Below are positions 60,966 to 64,000 of a DNA stretch of 64,000 nt, one piece after another; the first letter of the stretch is position 1; every line of letters starts with the position of its first letter. The stretch comes from Eledone cirrhosa (lineage: Eukaryota), in assembly GCA_964016885.1 (NCBI GenBank), contig OZ024741.1:194370001-194434000 (forward strand), written 5' to 3'. The translations under genes were made by a program, and so were the position numbers. Under the pieces are notes generated by a model. The model did no database searches, was not told the origin of the DNA, and was given only the letters and a program-made list of their open reading frames with translations.

Positions 60966-61739
60966 GGAGTGTTAAGAGCAGTGGTGCCTAATATGCTTAG
61001 TCTTGTCACTCTTGAGTGACTCTCGAGTGCTACTGGTAACATGTAACCCAGTACAACCTGTCGCATGGTCGGGTTGTCGGCGACTAAACTGACAACCCCA
61101 CCAAGTTTACTTGGTGAGGAGGGTGATTTTGGACACCCTGCAGGACAAAAAACAAAACCTGACAAAGGGCGGAAGAACTCATAAGAGTCAACGGCCATCC
61201 AAAAATGTGTAAATATGTATATACTGTATGGGTGTGGATGTGTGTAGGATTGATTGCGCACTTGTCTGTGTACCCATGTGCGTATATTTGATAAAAGAAA
61301 ACATTTGTTTAAATGTGTGTATATGTGTGCAACATGTGTGTATACATGCGTGTATGTATGTGCATGCATGTGTGTACATATGTATATATACGATGAAGGT
61401 TAAAGTACCAAGTTGAGATCTGGCGCGGGATAGCCTCTCTTGATGAGAGTGGGTGGAGTCTCTCTGAGTCTTGGTTGACAGCCCACCTAGTGATGGTGTC
61501 ACAATAAAAACACTGGTCTTTGCGTTACCTTATAAATGCTCTCTTCCAACATGCCTTGAGCCAGCATGGAAGAATAGACTCATAAAATTAACATGAAACA
61601 GTCACCTCAGAGATTCGTTGTACAAAGGAGGCCATCTCCAGACCCTCGAAGAGTGAACAGGAGGACATACCAGCAGTCCCAGACTGATGTGACAGCTATG
61701 ACTAGGGGATCACATCAGCAACCTCGGACTACTTTGATT

Positions 61740-62450
61740 GATATGAATAGAAGAAACACCCAGACAAAGAAAAAGACCTTTAATATCTGCACATACAACA
61801 CACGTACCATCAATGACCGTAATACCAACTCTCTTGAGACAATGATGTATGAACTTAAGAAAGTAAACTGGGATATAATCAGACTATCAGAGACTAAGCC
61901 AAACAAAAACAAAATAAAGATACACCAAGATACTGGATACCATATTTATCTGTCAAGCAATGTGACTCGTCACATGAATGGAGTGGGTTTCTTGGTGAAC
62001 AAAAAGTGCACATCATTTGTACACAACTATCGACCTATATCAGATAGATTAGCTGTTCAGAGCTTGAAAAGTAAATTTTGTAATCTCATACTTATTGTAC
62101 AAGTGCTATTTTCCCACATCTACACATCCAGATGAAGAAATCAATGAGTTATATGACGACATACAGGCTATTATAGATTTAAAAAAACCAAAGAGAGATC
62201 ACCTCTTTTTGATGGGTGACTTTAACTGTAAAATTGGGCAACTGAATCAATCATTCCCATATTGAGAAATATACCACAAGTATATTTAAGTCGAGAGGTG
62301 AGCTTCTAGCCTAGTTTTGTATGAAGAACAATATTCAGATCACCAACACAATATTTCAAAAGAAAAACCTGTTCACTTAGATATCACCAGACAGTATAAC
62401 TAAGAATCCAAATAAACTTTATAATAGCAAGAAAATCTTCAGCAAGACTA
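61740..62450 (+). mobile_element. RTE LINE endonuclease fragment
   Basis: ICTYNTRT, WDIIRLSET, GVGFLV, ISDRLA, MGDFN. Confidence 0.8.
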
Positions 62451-62500
62451 AGCATATTAGACAGTACTTCTTTTAACACTCCTGATATATATATATATAT

Positions 62501-62867
62501 GGAGGCACATGGCTTAGTGGTTAGAGCATTGGCCTTGCAATCGAAAGGTTGTGAGTTCAATTCTCAGACCGGGTGATGTGTTGTTTCCTTGAGCAAGACA
62601 CTTTATTTCACATTGCTCCAGTTTACTCAGCTGTAGAAATGAGATGATAGGACTGGGATCCCTATCATTCCACAGCAAAAAAGCACCCAGTCCACACTGT
62701 AAAGTGGACATGTAGGCGCCACAGAAAAAAAAAAAAAAAAAAATCACCCAGCACTCACTGTAAATAAGGTTGGTGTTAGGAAGGGCATCCAGCTGTAGAA
62801 ATCAAGCCAGAATCAGTTCCCGTCCCGCCCTTGCAAGCAAGGAAAAGCGGACGTAAAATGATGATGA
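62501..62867 (+). mobile_element. SINE family B
   Basis: Matches 1410-1799. Confidence 0.85.
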
Positions 62868-62946
62868 TATATATATATATATTTATTTTATCTGAAACAG
62901 ATAAAATAAAGATGGCGTAGATATACAATACAACAGGAGGAACACA

Positions 62947-63000
62947 ATAGTACCACTGATGATGTTGCAGATGTGCAACGAAAGAACTTTATTAGACTAT
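62947..63000 (+). ncRNA. Possible decayed hammerhead
   Basis: CTGATGA-T-GTTGCA GATG TGCAAC-GAAA-GAACTT-TA; stem I only partly paired (ATAGT/ACTAT). Confidence 0.45.
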
Positions 63001-63529
63001 ATATATATGTGTTTATATCTATATTATATATGTACTTTTGACCGTTGGTCAGTCAATGATAAACATTGAGGACCAAATGAATTAACTGTGGAGATATAAA
63101 AGATACAAAAGGGAAAACCAACCAAACAGTGAGTGTGTTCCGTTATTATTTCTGGCAATATTATTACAACAATATGACCCTCCCCAAGTATAACAATATT
63201 TGTTTTGACACACGATTTCATATCAAAAACCTTGCAAAACAAATTTATCGCTGTTATATAACGAAGGAGGTGTGGTAAGGAAACAGCTGTCGGGGTCAAA
63301 CATTTTCCTATACATATATATATAAATGAAGTAATTCCGTCGGAAAAGTCCAGGAAAAAAGAGTGCTCTATGTAGGTTTTTAAAATCCAAATTCAATAAA
63401 CACCAGGATTTTTTCATTCTGAGGATTGAAAGCAAAATTTTTTGCTTTTAAGAAACCACTGGTAAATGGAATAATTGCCTTATGTTGTTTATTACATAAC
63501 TATATATATATATATATATATATATTTAT

Positions 63530-63775
63530 TTGCATTCCAGTCAAGGGGCTGAGGCCATGCTGGGGCACTGCCACTGATGCTACACTTTCTATAGCCACCC
63601 TTCCCTAGTTGGCCACTGATGCAAAAGTGAGTTTGTTGCTGCTGCTCTTATTTGTGCTTCACCTTATGCTGTGGGTTCATCCGGGGTCTTGGTTCATTGA
63701 GTGTTGAGGTGTCTCTTGTAAACATCTACATGCACACCATGTAGATCTCTTAGATTGTTTGGCAGCTTATTAAAA
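63530..63775 (-). mobile_element. CR1/L2-group LINE 3' end (same family as 43391-44025)
   Basis: FNKLPNNLRDLHGVHVDVYKRHL, PDEPT; GTGCCCCAGCATGGCCTCAGCC. Confidence 0.75.
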
Positions 63776-63785
63776 TGCTCGGGTA

Positions 63786-64000
63786 CCGCTATGAGGAGGG
63801 ACAGGCCAGTGGACTGTGCCGAACCCTTGACACAGCAGACCTTCAGTTCAGGTGTCGGATGCCATGTGATTCCACTATGAAGAGGGACAAGCCAGTTGGC
63901 CGCACCGAACCCATCCCACAGGGTAGCCATAGTTCTGGAGCCCAGTACTGGATGGCACCGCTATGCAGAGGGACAGGCAAGTTGACTGTGCCAAACCCTT
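63786..64000. repeat. Diverged 86-bp tandem repeat (continues beyond the window)
   Basis: CCRCTATG..GAGGGACA.GC.AGT.G..GYRCC.AACCC at 63786, 63872 and 63958. Confidence 0.7.

Noticed and set aside
63786-64000. CRISPR-like repeat-spacer pattern
   Set aside because: Repeats are degenerate and the linkers share residual similarity (CACAG..AGTTC.GG), indicating a diverged tandem repeat.

Overview
AT-rich eukaryotic DNA, probably an octopod cephalopod judging from the SINE/LINE repertoire and huge (TA)n arrays; the taxon is inferred. Most of the window is microsatellite plus decayed retrotransposons (RTE, Tx1/L1, CR1-like and CRE-like LINE fragments, Penelope-like elements/PLEs, two tRNA-derived SINE families), with a 200-N gap at 46016-46215. 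The only host coding sequence I can support is two phase-compatible minus-strand exons (14482-14645, 10026-10199) of a divergent adenylate-kinase-like gene. The main hidden signal is a dense set of type I hammerhead ribozymes (HHRs; CUGANGA...GAAA...UH, mostly with a short palindromic stem III). Two arrays of a 310-bp unit carry 6+5 HHRs, a 472-bp tandem array carries 3, and a 443-bp sister unit carries 1. Several long DNA palindromes carry outward-facing HHRs, one PLE-end HHR has a ~116-nt stem II, and there are further decayed copies. This architecture matches non-autonomous non-LTR retrozymes (circRNA-producing, probably PLE-mobilised) inserted in (TA)n tracts. All structures were read by eye, not computed.
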